A stretch of 64,000 nucleotides of DNA from Squalus acanthias. Taxonomy: Eukaryota. The notes beneath the pieces were generated by a model, which saw nothing but the letters and a program-made list of their open reading frames with translations, had not been told where the DNA came from and ran no database searches. Position numbers and translations under genes: made by a program. Every line of letters starts with the position of its first letter. The first letter of the stretch is position 1. Of the stretch, positions 1 to 11,799 are shown piece after piece. The stretch is taken from positions 1,922,001 to 1,986,000 of the forward strand of contig JASTWF010000035.1 in assembly GCA_030390025.1 (NCBI GenBank), in the 5' to 3' direction.

Positions 1-710
1 ATAAAACTATCGGATTGTTGTAAAAACCCATCTGGTTCACTAATGTCCTTTAGGGAAGGAAATCTGCCGTCCTTACCCAGTCTGGCCTGTATGTGACTCC
101 AGACCCACAGCAATGTGGTTGACTCTTAACTGCCCTCTGAAATGGTCTAGCAAGCCACTCAGTTGTAACAAACCACTACGAAACACAATAATAAGAATAA
201 AACCGGACAGACCACCCGGCACCGGCTACGCACACGGCAACGGCACACGCAGCCTAGTCGACCCTGCAAAGTCCTCCTCACCAACATCTGGGGACTTGTG
301 CCACAATTGGGAGAGCTGTCCCACAGACTAGTCAAGCAACAGCCTGATAGTCACAGAATCATACCTTTCAGCCAATGTCCCAAACTCCTCCATCACCATC
401 CCTGGGTATGTCCTGACCCACTGGCAGGACAGACCCACCAGGGGTGGCAGCACAGTGGTATACAATTGGGAAGGAGTGGACCTGGGAGTCCTCCACATTG
501 ACTTTCGACCCCATGAAGTCTCATGGCTTCAGGTCAAGCATGGGCAAGGAAACCTCCTGCTGATTACCATCTACCGCCCTCCCTCAGCTGATGAATCAGT
601 ACTCCTCCATGTTGAACACCACTTGGAAGAAGCACTGAGAGTAGCAAGGGCACAGAATGTACTCTGGGTGGGGACTTCAATGTCCATCACCAAGAGTGGC
701 TCGGTAGCAT
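1..710 (+). mobile_element. 5' part of a non-LTR retrotransposon (CR1/L2/Jockey group): conserved 5' non-coding body plus frameshifted AP-endonuclease N-terminus
   Basis: ORFs 298-501 and 455-715 give APE-like motifs (LGELSHRLVKQQPD, LLLITIYRPPSAD, VLWVG followed by DFN in a shifted frame). Bases 1-355 are homologous to ~18055-18402. The element is cut at 710 by a CR1 tail. Confidence 0.8.
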
Positions 711-1572
711 CATAGAATCATAGAAAGTGACAGCACGGAAGGAGGCCATTTCAGCCCATCGTGTCCGTGCCGGCCAACAAAGAGCTATCCAGCCTAATCC
801 CACTTCCCAGCTCTTGGTCCGTAGCCCTGCAGGTTACAGCATCCCAAGAGCACATCCAAGTACTTTTTAAATGAGGTTCCTGCCTCTACCACCCTTTCAG
901 GCAGTGAGTTCCAGACCCTCACCACCCTCTGGGTGAAGCAATTTCCCCTCAAATCCCCTCTAAACCTTCCACCAATTACTTTAAATCTGTGCCCCCTGGT
1001 TTTTGACCCCTCTGCTAAGAGAAATAGATCCTTTCTATCCACTTTATCTAGGCCCCTCATAATTTTATACATATCAATAAAGTCTCCCCTCAGCCTCCTC
1101 TGTTCCAAGGAAAACAGACCCAGCCTATCCAGTCTTTCCTCATAGCTAAGATTCTCTACTCCCGGCAACATCCTTGTAAATCTCCTCTGTACCCTCTCTA
1201 GTGCAATCACATCTTTCCTGTAATGTGGTGACCAGAACTGCACGCAGTACTCTAGCTGAGGCCTAACTAGTGTTTTATACAGTTGAAGCATAACCCCCCT
1301 GCTCTTGTATTCTATGCCACGGCTAATAAAGGCAAACATTCCGTATGCCTTCGTAACCACCTTATCTACCTGGCCTGCTACATTCAGGGATCTGTGGACA
1401 TGCACTCCAAGGTCCCTTTGTTCCTCTACACTACTCAGTGTCCTACCATTTAATGTGTATTCCCTTTCCTTGTTAGCCATCCCCAAATGCATTACCTCAC
1501 ACTTCTCCGGATTGAATTCTATTTGCCACTGTCTGCCCACCTGACCAATTTATTGATATCTTCCTGCAGTCT
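711..1572 (-). mobile_element. 5'-truncated young CR1 LINE (ORF2 C-terminus, 3' UTR, ATTCTATG-type tail)
   Basis: ORF 794-1540 has CR1 motifs (WQIEFNPEKC, LVRPQLEYCVQFWSP, WNSLP). The tail reads catagaatcatagaa at 711. Confidence 0.95.
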
Positions 1573-1574
1573 GC

Positions 1575-1983
1575 CCCTATCTTTTTTTTCCATTTTGTTT
1601 TTTTCTGTCTCTCACATGGCAGCTGTCAATCTTTTAGCCATCGCCATTTACATTTCATCTAGAGTCATCTTTTGTTTCTTAACTTGTCCCATTACCATCT
1701 CCTTTTGCCTTGCACCATCATCCCTTTTTTCTCTTAATCTCTCCTGCCTTCCATCCTATCCCAGACCTTCCCTTTTGTTCTTTGCTCTCCTCCCCGCTTT
1801 CCCTGCCCCTACACTTGCTTAAAAACCTGTTCCATCTCCAGCTTTTTCCAGTTCTGACGAAGTGTCATCGACCTGAAACATTAACTCTGTTTCTCTCTCC
1901 ACAGATGCTGCCTGACCTGCTGAGTATTTCCAGCATTTTCTGTTTTTATTTCAGATTTCCGGCAACCGCAGTATTTTGCTTTT
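1575..1983 (+). mobile_element. Penelope-like element 3' end / pseudo-LTR remnant
   Basis: A pyrimidine-rich tract is followed by a hammerhead-like motif and the ccacagatgctgcctgacctgctgagtatttccagcattttctg tail, which I recognise from chondrichthyan Penelope-like repeats. No RT or GIY-YIG ORF remains. Confidence 0.65.
1850..1886 (+). ncRNA. degenerate minimal type I hammerhead ribozyme motif
   Basis: AGTT-CTGACGA-AG(T)GTC-atc-GACCT-GAAA-CATT-AACT: both core boxes, stem I (AGTT/AACT) and stem II are present, and stem III is minimal. Confidence 0.6.
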
Positions 1984-2168
1984 AAATAAGTTTGTGGGTT
2001 CCATGAGAAGGGGTACAGATCTGAAAGGCTGCACTGTTGGTGTATAAGGCATTGGTCAGACCCCATCTGAAGACCTAATTGCAGGAAGAGTATTACTAGC
2101 TGAGCAGGTGCATGGGCACTACAGTTGGGTATGCCGCAGTCTGAGCAATCTCTCCTCCCTTCTCCTAG

Positions 2169-2319
2169 GTACACCTGACCCGACTACGTTGGTGGCTGCA
2201 ATCGTGGTGCCGATTTTGATAATGTTGGTTATGATTTGCTTAATCACGTGGTTAGTGAAGAAGGGGATTATATGCAGTAAAGCGAGTGCATCATCTCCTG
2301 CAACTCAACCGGGTATAAG
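2169..2319 (+). CDS. probable internal exon encoding the transmembrane segment of a single-pass type I membrane protein
   Basis: Acceptor tctctcctcccttctcctag| and donor AAG|gtaagc, phase 1 to phase 2. Translation xTPDPTTLVAAIVVPILIMLVMICLITWLVKKGIICSKASASSPATQPGI(R) has a ~23-aa hydrophobic helix followed by KK. The sequence is non-repetitive. Confidence 0.75.
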
Positions 2320-2412
2320 GTAAGCATCACCAGTGGATAAAGGAGGCATGAGGGCTTCTCCCTACTGTCAGGTCTTGAACCGGACAAAGGTACGGCAAAG
2401 AGCTGAATCTGC

Positions 2413-3930
2413 AGCAGAGGCCCTGACCATCATTTTCCAATCCTCTCTGGCTTCAGGTGTGGTGCCGGAGGACTGGAGGACTGCTAATGTGGTACCCTTG
2501 TTTAAAAAGGGAGAAAAGGATAGACCGAGTAATTACAGGCCAGTCAGCCTAATCTCGGTGGTGGGAAAATTATTGGAAAGAATTCTGAAGGACAGGATAA
2601 ATCTTCATTTCGAAAGACATGGATTAATCAAGGATAGTCAGCACGGATTTGTTAAGGTAAGGTCGTGTCTGACAAACTTGAATGAATTTTTTGAGGAGGT
2701 AACAAGGAGGGTAGATGAGGGTAGTGCGTTTGATGTAGTGTATATGGACTTTAGCAAGACTCTTGATAAGGTTCCACATGGCAGACTGGTCACGAAGTTA
2801 AAAGCCCATGGGATCCAGGGCAAAGTGTCAAGTTGGATTCAAAACTGGCTCGGAGACAGGAAGCAGAGGGTAATGGTTGATTGGTGTTTTTGTGTCCGGA
2901 AGGCTGTTTCCAGTGGGGTTTCGCAGGGCTCAGTACTAGGTCCCTTGCTTTTTGTGGTATATATCAATGATCTAGACTTGAATATAGGGGGTATGATTAA
3001 GAAGTTTACAGATGATACTAAAATCGGCTGTGTGGTTGATACTGAAGAAGGAAGCTGTAGACTGCAGGAAGATATCAATAAATTGGTCAGGTGGGCAGAA
3101 CAGTGGCAAATGGAATTCAATCTGAATAAGTGTGAGGTAATGCATTTGGGGAGGGCTAACAAGGAAAGGGAATACAAATTAAATGGTAGGACACTGAGTA
3201 GTGTAGAGGAACAAAGGGACCTTGAAGTGCATGTCCATAGATCCCTGAAGATAGCAGGCCAGGTAGATAAGGTGGTTAAGAAGGCATACGGAATGCTTGT
3301 CTTTATTAGCCGTGGCATAGAATACAAGAGCAGGGGGGTTATGCTTCAACTGTATAAAACACTAGTTAGGCCTCAGCTAGAGTACTGCGTGCAGTTCTGG
3401 TCATCACATTTTGGAAAGATGTGATTACACTAGAGAGGGTACAGAGGAGATTTACAAGGATGTTGCCGGGAGTAGAGAATCTTAGCTATGAGGAAAGACT
3501 GGATAGGCTGGGTCTGTTTTCCTTGGAACAGAGGAGGCTGAGGGGAGACCTTATTGAGGTGTATAAAATTATGAGGGGCCTAGATAAAGTGGATAGAAAG
3601 GACCTATTTCCCTTAGCAGAGGGGTCAAAAACCAGGGGGCACAGCTTTAAAGTAATTGGTGGAAGGTTTAGAGGGGATTTGAGGGGACATTTCTTCACCC
3701 AGAGGGTTGTGGGGGTCTGGAACTCACTGCCTGAAAGGGTGGTAGAGGCAGGAACCCTAACCACATTTAAAAAGTACTTGGATGTGCACTTGGGATGCTG
3801 TAACCTGCAGGGCTACGGACCAAGAGCTGGGAAGTGGGATTAGGCTGGATAGCTCTTTGTTGGCCGGCGCGGACACGATGGGCCGAAATGGCCTCCTTCC
3901 GTGCTGTAACTTTCTATGATTCTATGATTC
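2413..3930 (+). mobile_element. 5'-truncated young CR1 LINE with RT domain and one frameshift near 3410
   Basis: ORFs 2333-3424 and 3421-3843 contain NYRPVSL, SQHGF, QGSVLGP and FTDD. The 3' tail is ttctatgattctatgattc. Confidence 0.95.
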
Positions 3931-3936
3931 AATGAA

Positions 3937-3998
3937 TGTGACTGGGGAGGGTCAGGAGTGTGACTGGGTGAGGGTCAGGAGTGTGACTGGGGGGGAGG
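3937..3998 (+). repeat. short 22-bp tandem repeat (~2.7 copies)
   Basis: gtgactggg(g/t)gagggtcaggagt is repeated. Confidence 0.75.
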
Positions 3999-4067
3999 GT
4001 AAGGATTGTAGCTGGGTTAGAACAAGTGTCAGAGTCAGAGTGGATGGTATGGCACGAGGTGAGGGCG

Positions 4068-6469
4068 GGGTGGGATGGTATGTCGTGGTGTTAGGGTGGG
4101 GTGGGATGGTATGTCGTGGTGTTAGGGGTGTCGGATGGTATGTCGTGATGTTAGGGCGGTGGGATGGTATGTCGTGGTGTTAGGGCGGCGTGGGATGGTA
4201 TGTCGTGGTGTTAGGGGGGTGGGATTGTATGTCGTGGTGTTAGGGGGGTGGGATGGTATGTCGTGGTGTTAGGATGGGGTGGGATGGTATGTCGTGGTGT
4301 TAGGGTGGGGTGGAATGGTATGTCGTGGTGTTAGGGGGGTGGGATGGTATGGTGCGGTGTTAGGGGGGGTGGGATGGTATGTCGTGGTGTTAGGGTGGGG
4401 TGGGATGGTATGTCGTGGTGTTAGGGGGGTGGGATGGTATGTCATAGTGTTAGGGGGGGTGGGATGGTATGTCGTGGTGTTAGGGTGGGTGGGATGGTAT
4501 GTCGTGGTGTTAGGGTGGGGTCGGATGGTATGTCGTGGTGTTAGGGGGGTGGGATGGTTTGTCGTGGTGTTAGGGGGGTGGGATGGGATGTCGTGGTGTT
4601 AGGGGCGGTGGGATGGTATGTCGTGGTGTTAGTGGGGTGGGATGGTATGTCGTGGTGTTAGGGCGGTGGGATGGTATGTCGTGGTATTAGGGTGGGGTCG
4701 GATGGTATGTCGTGGTGTTAGGGGGGGTGGAATGGTATGTCGTGGTGTTAGGTGGGGTGGGATGGTATGTCGTGCTATTAGTGGGGGTGGGATGGTATGT
4801 CGTGGTGTTAGGGTGGGGTGGGATGGTATGTCGTGCTATTAGTGGGGGTGGGATGGTATGTCGTGGTGTTAGGTGGGGTGGGATGGTATGTCGTGGTGTT
4901 AGGGGGGGTGGGATGGTATGTCGTGGTGTTAGGGGATTGGGATGGTATGTCGTGGTGTTAGGCGGGGTGGGATGGTATGTCCTGGTGTTAGGGGGGTGGG
5001 ATGGTATGTCGTGGTGTTAGGGGGTGGGATGGTATGTCGTGGTGTTAGGTGGGGTGGGATGGGATGTCGTGGTGTTAGGGGGGTGGGATGGTATGTCGTG
5101 GTGTTAGGGGGTGGGATGGTATGTCTTGGTGTTAGGGTGGGGTGGGATGGTATGTCGTGGTGTTAGGGGGTGGGATGGTATGTCATGGTGTTAGGGGTGG
5201 TGGGATGGTATGTCATGGTGTTAGGGGGTGGGATGGTATGTCATGGTGTTAGGGGTGGTGGGATGGTATGTCGTGGTGTTAGGGGGTGTGGAATGGTATG
5301 TCGTGGTGTTAGGTGGGGTGTGATGGTATGTCGTGGTGTTCGGGGGGTGGGATGGTATGTCATGGTGTTAGGGGGGGTGGGATGGTATGTCGTGGTGTTA
5401 GGGGGGGTGGGATGGTATGTCGTGGTGTTAGGGGGGGTGGGATGGTATGTCGTGGTGTTAGGGTGGGGTGGGATGGTATGTCGTGGTGTTAGGGTGGGGT
5501 GGGATGGTATGTCGTGGTGTTAGGGGGGTGGGATGGTATGTCGTGGTGTTAGGGGGGGTGGATGGTATGTCGTGGTGTTAGGGGGGGTGGGATGGTATGT
5601 CGTGGTGTTAGGGGGGTGGGATGGTATGTCGTGGTGTTAGGGGGGTGGGATGGTATGTCGTGGTGTTAGGGGGGGTGGGATGGTATGTCGTGGTGTTAGG
5701 GCGGGTGGGATGGTATGTCGTGGTGTTAGGGGGGGTGGGATGGTATGTCGTGGTGTTAGGGGGGTGGGATGGTATGTCGTGGTGTTAGGCGGGGTGGGAT
5801 GGTATGTCGTGGTGTTAGGGGGGGTGGGATGGTTTGTCGTGGTGTTAGGGGGGGTGGGATGGTATGTCGTGGTGTTAGGGGGCGTGGGATGGTATGTCGT
5901 GGTGTTAGGGGTGGTGAGAATGTATGTCGTGGTGTTAGGGGGTGTGGAATGGTATGTCGTGGTGTTAGGTGGGGTGGGATGATATGTCGTGGTGTTAGGT
6001 GGGGTGGGATGATATGTCGTGGTGTTAGGGGTGGTGGGATGGTATGTCGTGGTGTTAGTGGGGGTGGGATGGTATGTCGTGGTGTTAGGGCGGGGTGGGA
6101 TGGTATGTCCTGGTGTTAGGGGGTGTGGAATGGTATGTCGTGGTGTTAGGTGGGGTGTGATGGTATGTCGTGGTGTTCGGGGGGTGGGATGGTATGTCAT
6201 GGTGTTAGGGGGGGTGGGATGGTGTGTCGTGGTGTTAGGGTGGGGTGGGATGGTATGTCGTGGTGTTAGGGTGGGGTGGGATGGTATGTCGTGGTGGTAG
6301 GGGCGGTGGGATGGTATGTCGTGGTGTTCGGGGGGTGGGATGGTATGTCGTGGTGTTAGGGGGGTGGGATGGTATGTCGTGGTGTTCGGGGGGTGGGATG
6401 GAATGTCGCGGTGTTAGGGGGTGTGGGATGGTATGTCGTGGCGTTAGGGGGGGTGGGATGGTATGTCAT
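4068..6469 (+). repeat. G-rich ~30-bp minisatellite, left arm
   Basis: Unit GGGATGGTATGTCGTGGTGTTAGGG(G/T/C)GGGGT, 28-31 bp with a variable G tract, about 80 copies by length. Confidence 0.98.
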
Positions 6470-8973
6470 ACATACATAGATACATACATAGAAGATAGGA
6501 GCAGGAGTAGGCCATCCGGCCCTTCGAGCCTGCTCCGCCATTTAAGGAGATCATGGCTGATCCTCCAATTCAGTATCCCGTCCCCGCCTTCTCTCCGTAA
6601 CCCTTAACCCCTTTTGCCTGTAGAAATACATCTAATTCCCTCTTAAATATATTTAATGAGCTGGCGTACACTGCCCTCTGTGGCAATGAGTTCCACAGGT
6701 TCACCACCCTCTGAGTGAAGAAATTCCCCCTCATTTCTGTCCTAAATGGTTTAGCCCTTATCCTTAAATTATGTCCTCTAGTTCTGTTCTCACCCGCCAA
6801 GGGAAACATTCCTTCTGCATCTAGTCTGTCTAGACCTGTCAGAATTTTATACACTTCTATGAGGTCCCCTCTCAATCTTCTAAACTCCAGTGTGTACATC
6901 CCTAAACTACATAGTCTCTCCTCATAGGTCAATCCCGCCATTCCTGGTATCAGCCTGGTGAATCGCCGCTGCACCCCCTCCATGGCAAGAACATCTTTCC
7001 TCAGATGAGGCGACCAAAACTGTACACAGTACTCGAGGTGTGGTCTCACCAGTGCCCTGTACAGCTGCAGCAAGGTATCCCTGTTCCTGTATTCCAACCC
7101 TTTTGCTATGAAGGCCAGCATACCGTTTGCCTTCTTGATCGCCTGTTGCACCTGCATGCTCGCCTTCAGTGACTGGTGTACAAGAACACCCAGGTCTCTC
7201 TGTACTTCCCCCTCTCCCAATTTATTGCCATTTAAATAATAATTTGCCCTCCCGTTCCTGCACCCAAGGTGGATAACTTCGCACTTGTCCACATTATAGT
7301 GCATCTGCCATTTATCCGCCCAATCACCCAGTCTGTCCAAATCGCTCTGGAGCTTCCTGGTCTCCTCCTCTGAGCCCACCCCTCCTCCTAGTTTAGTGTC
7401 GTCTGCAAATTTGGAAATGCTGCATCCGACTCCCTGATCCAGGTCATTAATGTAAATTGTGAACAGCTGGGGACCCAGGACAGATCCCTGTGGTACCCCA
7501 CTTGTTACTGCCAGCCATTCAGAAAATGAGCCGTTTATTCCAACTCTCTGTTTTCTATCTGACAGCCAGTTCTCTATCCACGTCAATACTTTCCCCTTTA
7601 TCCCATGAGCTTCAATTTTCCATGCTAATCTTTTATGTGGGACCTTATCGAAGGCCTTTTGGAAGTCCAGGTACACCACATCTACTGGCTCTCCCCCATC
7701 TATTTTACCAGTTACTCCCTCAAAAAATTCCAATAGATTAGTCAAGCACGATTTACCCTTTGTAAATCCATGTTGACTCTGTCCTATCCTGTCCCCATTT
7801 GCTAAGTGCTCCGCTATTTCATCCTTAATGATGGACTCCAGCATTTTGCCCACAACTGATGTAAGGCTTACAGGTCTGTAATTACCTGCTTTTTCCCTAC
7901 CCCCCTTTTTGAATAGTGGGGTAACGTTAGCTACCCTCCAATCCATGGGCACTGTTCCCGAGTCTAATGAATTCTGAAAAATCATACTTAGTGCATCCGC
8001 TATCTCTAGGGCCACCTCCTTCAGCACCCTAGGATGCATGTTATCAGGCCCTGGGGATTTGTCCGCCTTCAATCCCTTTAGCTTCCTTAACACCATATCC
8101 TTAGAGATATTGACTTGCGTCAGTTCCTCCTTTGCAAATGTCCCTATTTTTCCCGATATCCCAGGGAGGTTTTTTGTGTCTTCCTTCGTAAAGACTGACC
8201 CAAAGTATGCATTTAGTTGGTCTGCCATTTCTTTATTTCCCGTTATATATTCCCCCGTATCTGACTGCAATGGGCCAACTTTGGTTTTCACCAGTCTTTT
8301 CCTCTTGATATACTTATAAAAGCTTTTGGAGTTAGTTTTTATATTTTCCGCCAGCTTGCTTTCGTAAGCTATTTTGCCCCTCTTGATTAAGCCCTTTGTC
8401 CTCCTTTGCTCTATCTTAAACTGTTCCCAATCTTCCGCTCTGGCGCTTTTTTTGGCTAATTTATACGCCCTATCTTTGGATTTTATGCTGTCTCTAATTT
8501 CCCCTGTTATCCACGGTTGAGTCACCTTTTTAGATTTCCTTTTATGCCAGATTGGTATAAACAATTTTTGCAATTTTGTCATTCTACCTTTAAATGCTTG
8601 CCATTGTTTATCTACCTCCAGTCCTCCCAGGAACGTTGTCCAATCAGACCTACTCAGTTCCCGTCTAATGGCATCATAATTCCCCTTGTTTAAATTCAGG
8701 ACCTTAGTATCTGAGTCAATTTCTTCGCTCTCCATTTCGAGTGAGAAATCGATCATGTTATGATCGCTCTGACCCAAGGGTCCCCGTACAACAAGATTAC
8801 TAATTAGTCCCTTCTCATTGCACAGTACCCAGTCCAATATAGCCTGTTCCCGAGTTGGTTCCTCGACATATTGATCCAGATAACCATCCCTTAAACACTC
8901 AAGGAATTCCTCCTCCTCATTATTTTTACTGATTAGGCTATTCCAATCTATATGTAAGTTAAAGTCACCTATG
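6470..8973 (-). mobile_element. 5'-truncated CR1 LINE with an uninterrupted ORF2 segment, inserted in the minisatellite
   Basis: The 755-aa ORF 6570-8837 stays open upstream to the truncation (IIGDFNLHIDW...). RT motif FADD is intact. It has a TATG-type tail and ATGTCAT on both flanks. Confidence 0.97.
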
Positions 8974-10520
8974 ATGTCATGGTGTTAGGGGTGGTGGGAT
9001 GGTATGTCGTGGTGTTAGGGGGGGTGGGATGGTATGTCGTGGTGTTAGGGTGGGGTGGGATGGTATGTCGTGGTGTTAGGGTGGGGTGGGATGGCATGTC
9101 GTGGTGTTAGGGCGGGGTGGGATGGTATGTCGTGGTGTTAGGGCGGGGTGGGATGGTATGTCGTGGTGTTAGGGCGGAGTGGGATGGTATGTCGTGGTGT
9201 TAGTGGGGTGGGATGGTATGTCGTGTTAGGGTGGGGTGGGATGGTATGTCGTGGTGTTAGGGTGAGGTGGGATGGTATGTCGTGGTGTTAGGGTGAGGTG
9301 GGATGGTATGTCGTGGTGTTAGGGTGGGGTGGGATGGTATGTCGTGGTGTTAGGGGGGGGTGGGATGGTATGTCGTGGTGTTAGGGGGGGGTGGGATGGT
9401 ATGTCGTGCTGTTAGTGGGGGTGGGATGGTATGTGGTGATGTTAGGTTGGGTGAGATGGTATGTCGTGGTGTTAGGGCGGGGTGGGATGGCATGTCGTGG
9501 TGTTAGGGTGGGGTGGGATGGTATGTCGTGGTGTTAGGGTGGGGTGGGATGGTATGTCGTGGTGTTAGGGCGCGGTGGGATGGTATGTCGTGGTGTTAGG
9601 GCGCGGTGGAATGGTATGTCGTGGTGTTAGGGTGGGGTGGGATGGTATGTTGTGGTGTTAGGTGGGGTGGGATGGTATGTTGTGGTGTTAGGGCGGGGTG
9701 GGATGGTATGTCGTGGTGTTAGGGTGGGGTGGGATGGTATGTCGTGGTGTTAGGTGGGGTGGGATGGTATGTCGTGGTGTTAGGGGGTGTGGGATGGTAT
9801 GTCGTGGTGTTAGGGCGGGGTGGGATGGTATGTCGTGGTGTTAGGTGGGGTGGGATGGTATGTCGTGGTGTTGGGGGGGTGGGATGGTATGTTGTGGTGT
9901 TAGGGCGGGGTGGGATGGTATGTCGTGGTGTTAGGGTGGGTTTGATGGTATGTCGTGGTGTTAGGGCGGGGTGGGATGGTATGTTGTGGTGTTAGAGGTG
10001 AGATGGTATGTCGTGGTGTTGGGGGGGTGGGATGGTATATCGTGGTGTTAGGGCGGGGTGGGATGGTATGTCGTGGTGTTAGGGCGGTGGGATGGTATGT
10101 CGTGGTGTTAGGGGGGGTGGGATGGTATATCGTGGTGTTAGGGCGGGGTGGGATGGTTTGTCGTGGTGTTTGGGCGGGGTGGGATGGGATGTCGTGGTGT
10201 TTGGGGGATGGGATGGTTTGTCGTGGTGTTAGGGTGGGGTGGGATGGTTTGTCGTGGTGTTAGGGCGGTGGGATGGTATGTCGTGGTGTTGGGGGGGTGG
10301 GATGGTATGTCGTGGTGTTAGGGCGGGGTTGGATGGTTTGTCGTGGTGTTAGGGCGGTGGGATGGTATGTCGTGGTGTTAGGGCGGGGTGGGACGGTATG
10401 TCGTGGTGTTAGGGCGGGGTGGGATGGGATGTCGTGATGTTAGGCGAGGTGGGATGGTTTGTCGTGGTGTTGGGGGGATGGGATGGTTTGTCGTGGTGTT
10501 GGGGGGATGGGATGGGATGG
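8974..10520 (+). repeat. G-rich ~30-bp minisatellite, right arm
   Basis: Same unit as 4068-6469, about 50 copies, decaying toward 10520. Confidence 0.98.
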
Positions 10521-10880
10521 TGCAGTGTGAAGCCACCAACGGCCGCAGGTGGTGTTGGGACTCAGGGTTGAAGTGATAATGTGGCTCTCCACGGATGCCT
10601 TTCCATCCCCACCCCCCAGTTACTCTTGTTACCGCCACACTCCCTCAATCTCATCATGTTCCTTCAACTTCCCACTACTCCCCACCTCTGTTTAAAACTA
10701 CCCACTCAACCCCTGGAGCCTCCTGTCCCCTTGCTCCATTCTCACTCTTCCTGCACAAATTTAAAGATGGCAGGTAAATTTCTTGGGCCAGTTGCCGTTG
10801 TGACTGCCTCTGAGGAGATATGAGGGGCTAATGATGGGCCGATGTTCACTTCTGATGATAACAACTCTTTCCTTTCTCAG

Positions 10881-10937
10881 GACCAGAGAGAACAACTTTC
10901 TGTATGTGTCCAACGAGGAGATGGTTCATTCACAGAG
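10881..10937 (+). CDS. candidate 57-bp cytoplasmic-tail exon
   Basis: Acceptor ctctttcctttctcag| and donor GAG|gtacag. In phase 2 (matching the TM exon) it reads (R)TRENNFLYVSNEEMVHSQ(R/S) with no stop. Confidence 0.55.
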
Positions 10938-11209
10938 GTACAGTTGAAAAATCTTCAATTTTTCCGAATCTCCTGATCCTTACCCATTAATGTGGGGATT
11001 GCTATTGTCCTGTTATAGAAAGATGAAAATTACATTGTGCTGTTGATGAAGCTCTGATGTTGGGGCAATATATTCACTGCGATGAAATTTCGACGTGTTT
11101 TTGTCTCTTGTCGATTGAGTTTCCTGGAGATGGAACACACGCCATGATATCACGGGCTTCGAATGCTTTGACTTCACTGCATATGCTGATCTGTTTTCAT
11201 TGTTTCCTC

Positions 11210-11778
11210 TCAACATCAAGTAAGGAAGTGTTGGTCAGTTGTTCAGGGCCTTGGTCAGACCCCAGCTGGAGTATTGCATTTAATTTTTGCCTCTGCACCT
11301 CAGGATAGATATATCGCCCTTGGAGGGCGTGCAGTGCAGATTAACCAGAATTATACCAGGGCTTAGAGGTTATCTTATGTGGACAATTTGCATAAACGTG
11401 GCTTGTATTCCCTTGAGTTTAGATGGTTGAGGGGTGATCTGATCCAGGTGTTTAAAATGATAAAGGGATTCAATAGGGTAGATACAGAGAAACTAATTCC
11501 TCTGGTTGGGGCACAGTGTTAAAATTAGAGCCGGCCATTTAGGAGGGAGATTAGAAAGCATCTTTTTACAGAAAGGTTAGTGAACTCTGGAACTCTCTTC
11601 CCCAGCGGATGCTGGGTCAATTGGAGCTCTCAAGACTGAGATCAATAGATTTTTGTTCGGTAAGGCTATTTAGGGATATGGAGCGAAGGTGGGTAAATGG
11701 GGTTGAGGTACAGACAGCCATGACCTAACAGGCTCGAGGGGTTGAATGGGCTCCTCCTGTCTTCCTTTGTTCCTATGT
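11210..11778 (+). mobile_element. old degenerate CR1 3' fragment
   Basis: ttggtcagaccccagctggagtattgc (LVRPQLEYC), tggaactctcttccc (WNSLP) and a gttcctatg tail. Confidence 0.85.
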
Positions 11779-11799
11779 GACTTCCCTACTAGGAGCACA

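Noticed and set aside
1905..1953. Strong acceptor-like sites (tctctctccacag, tttttatttcag)
   Set aside because: They lie inside the Penelope-like repeat tail, with no matching donor or coherent exon.
711..3930. A single composite transposon with CR1-derived long TIRs carrying the TM exon
   Set aside because: The arms differ in length and truncation point and no flanking TSD was found. Two independent insertions are simpler.
3932..10638. Gly/Val/Trp-rich and Pro/Thr-rich (mucin-like) ORFs
   Set aside because: They are translations of the 30-bp minisatellite, with frames broken by G-tract length changes.
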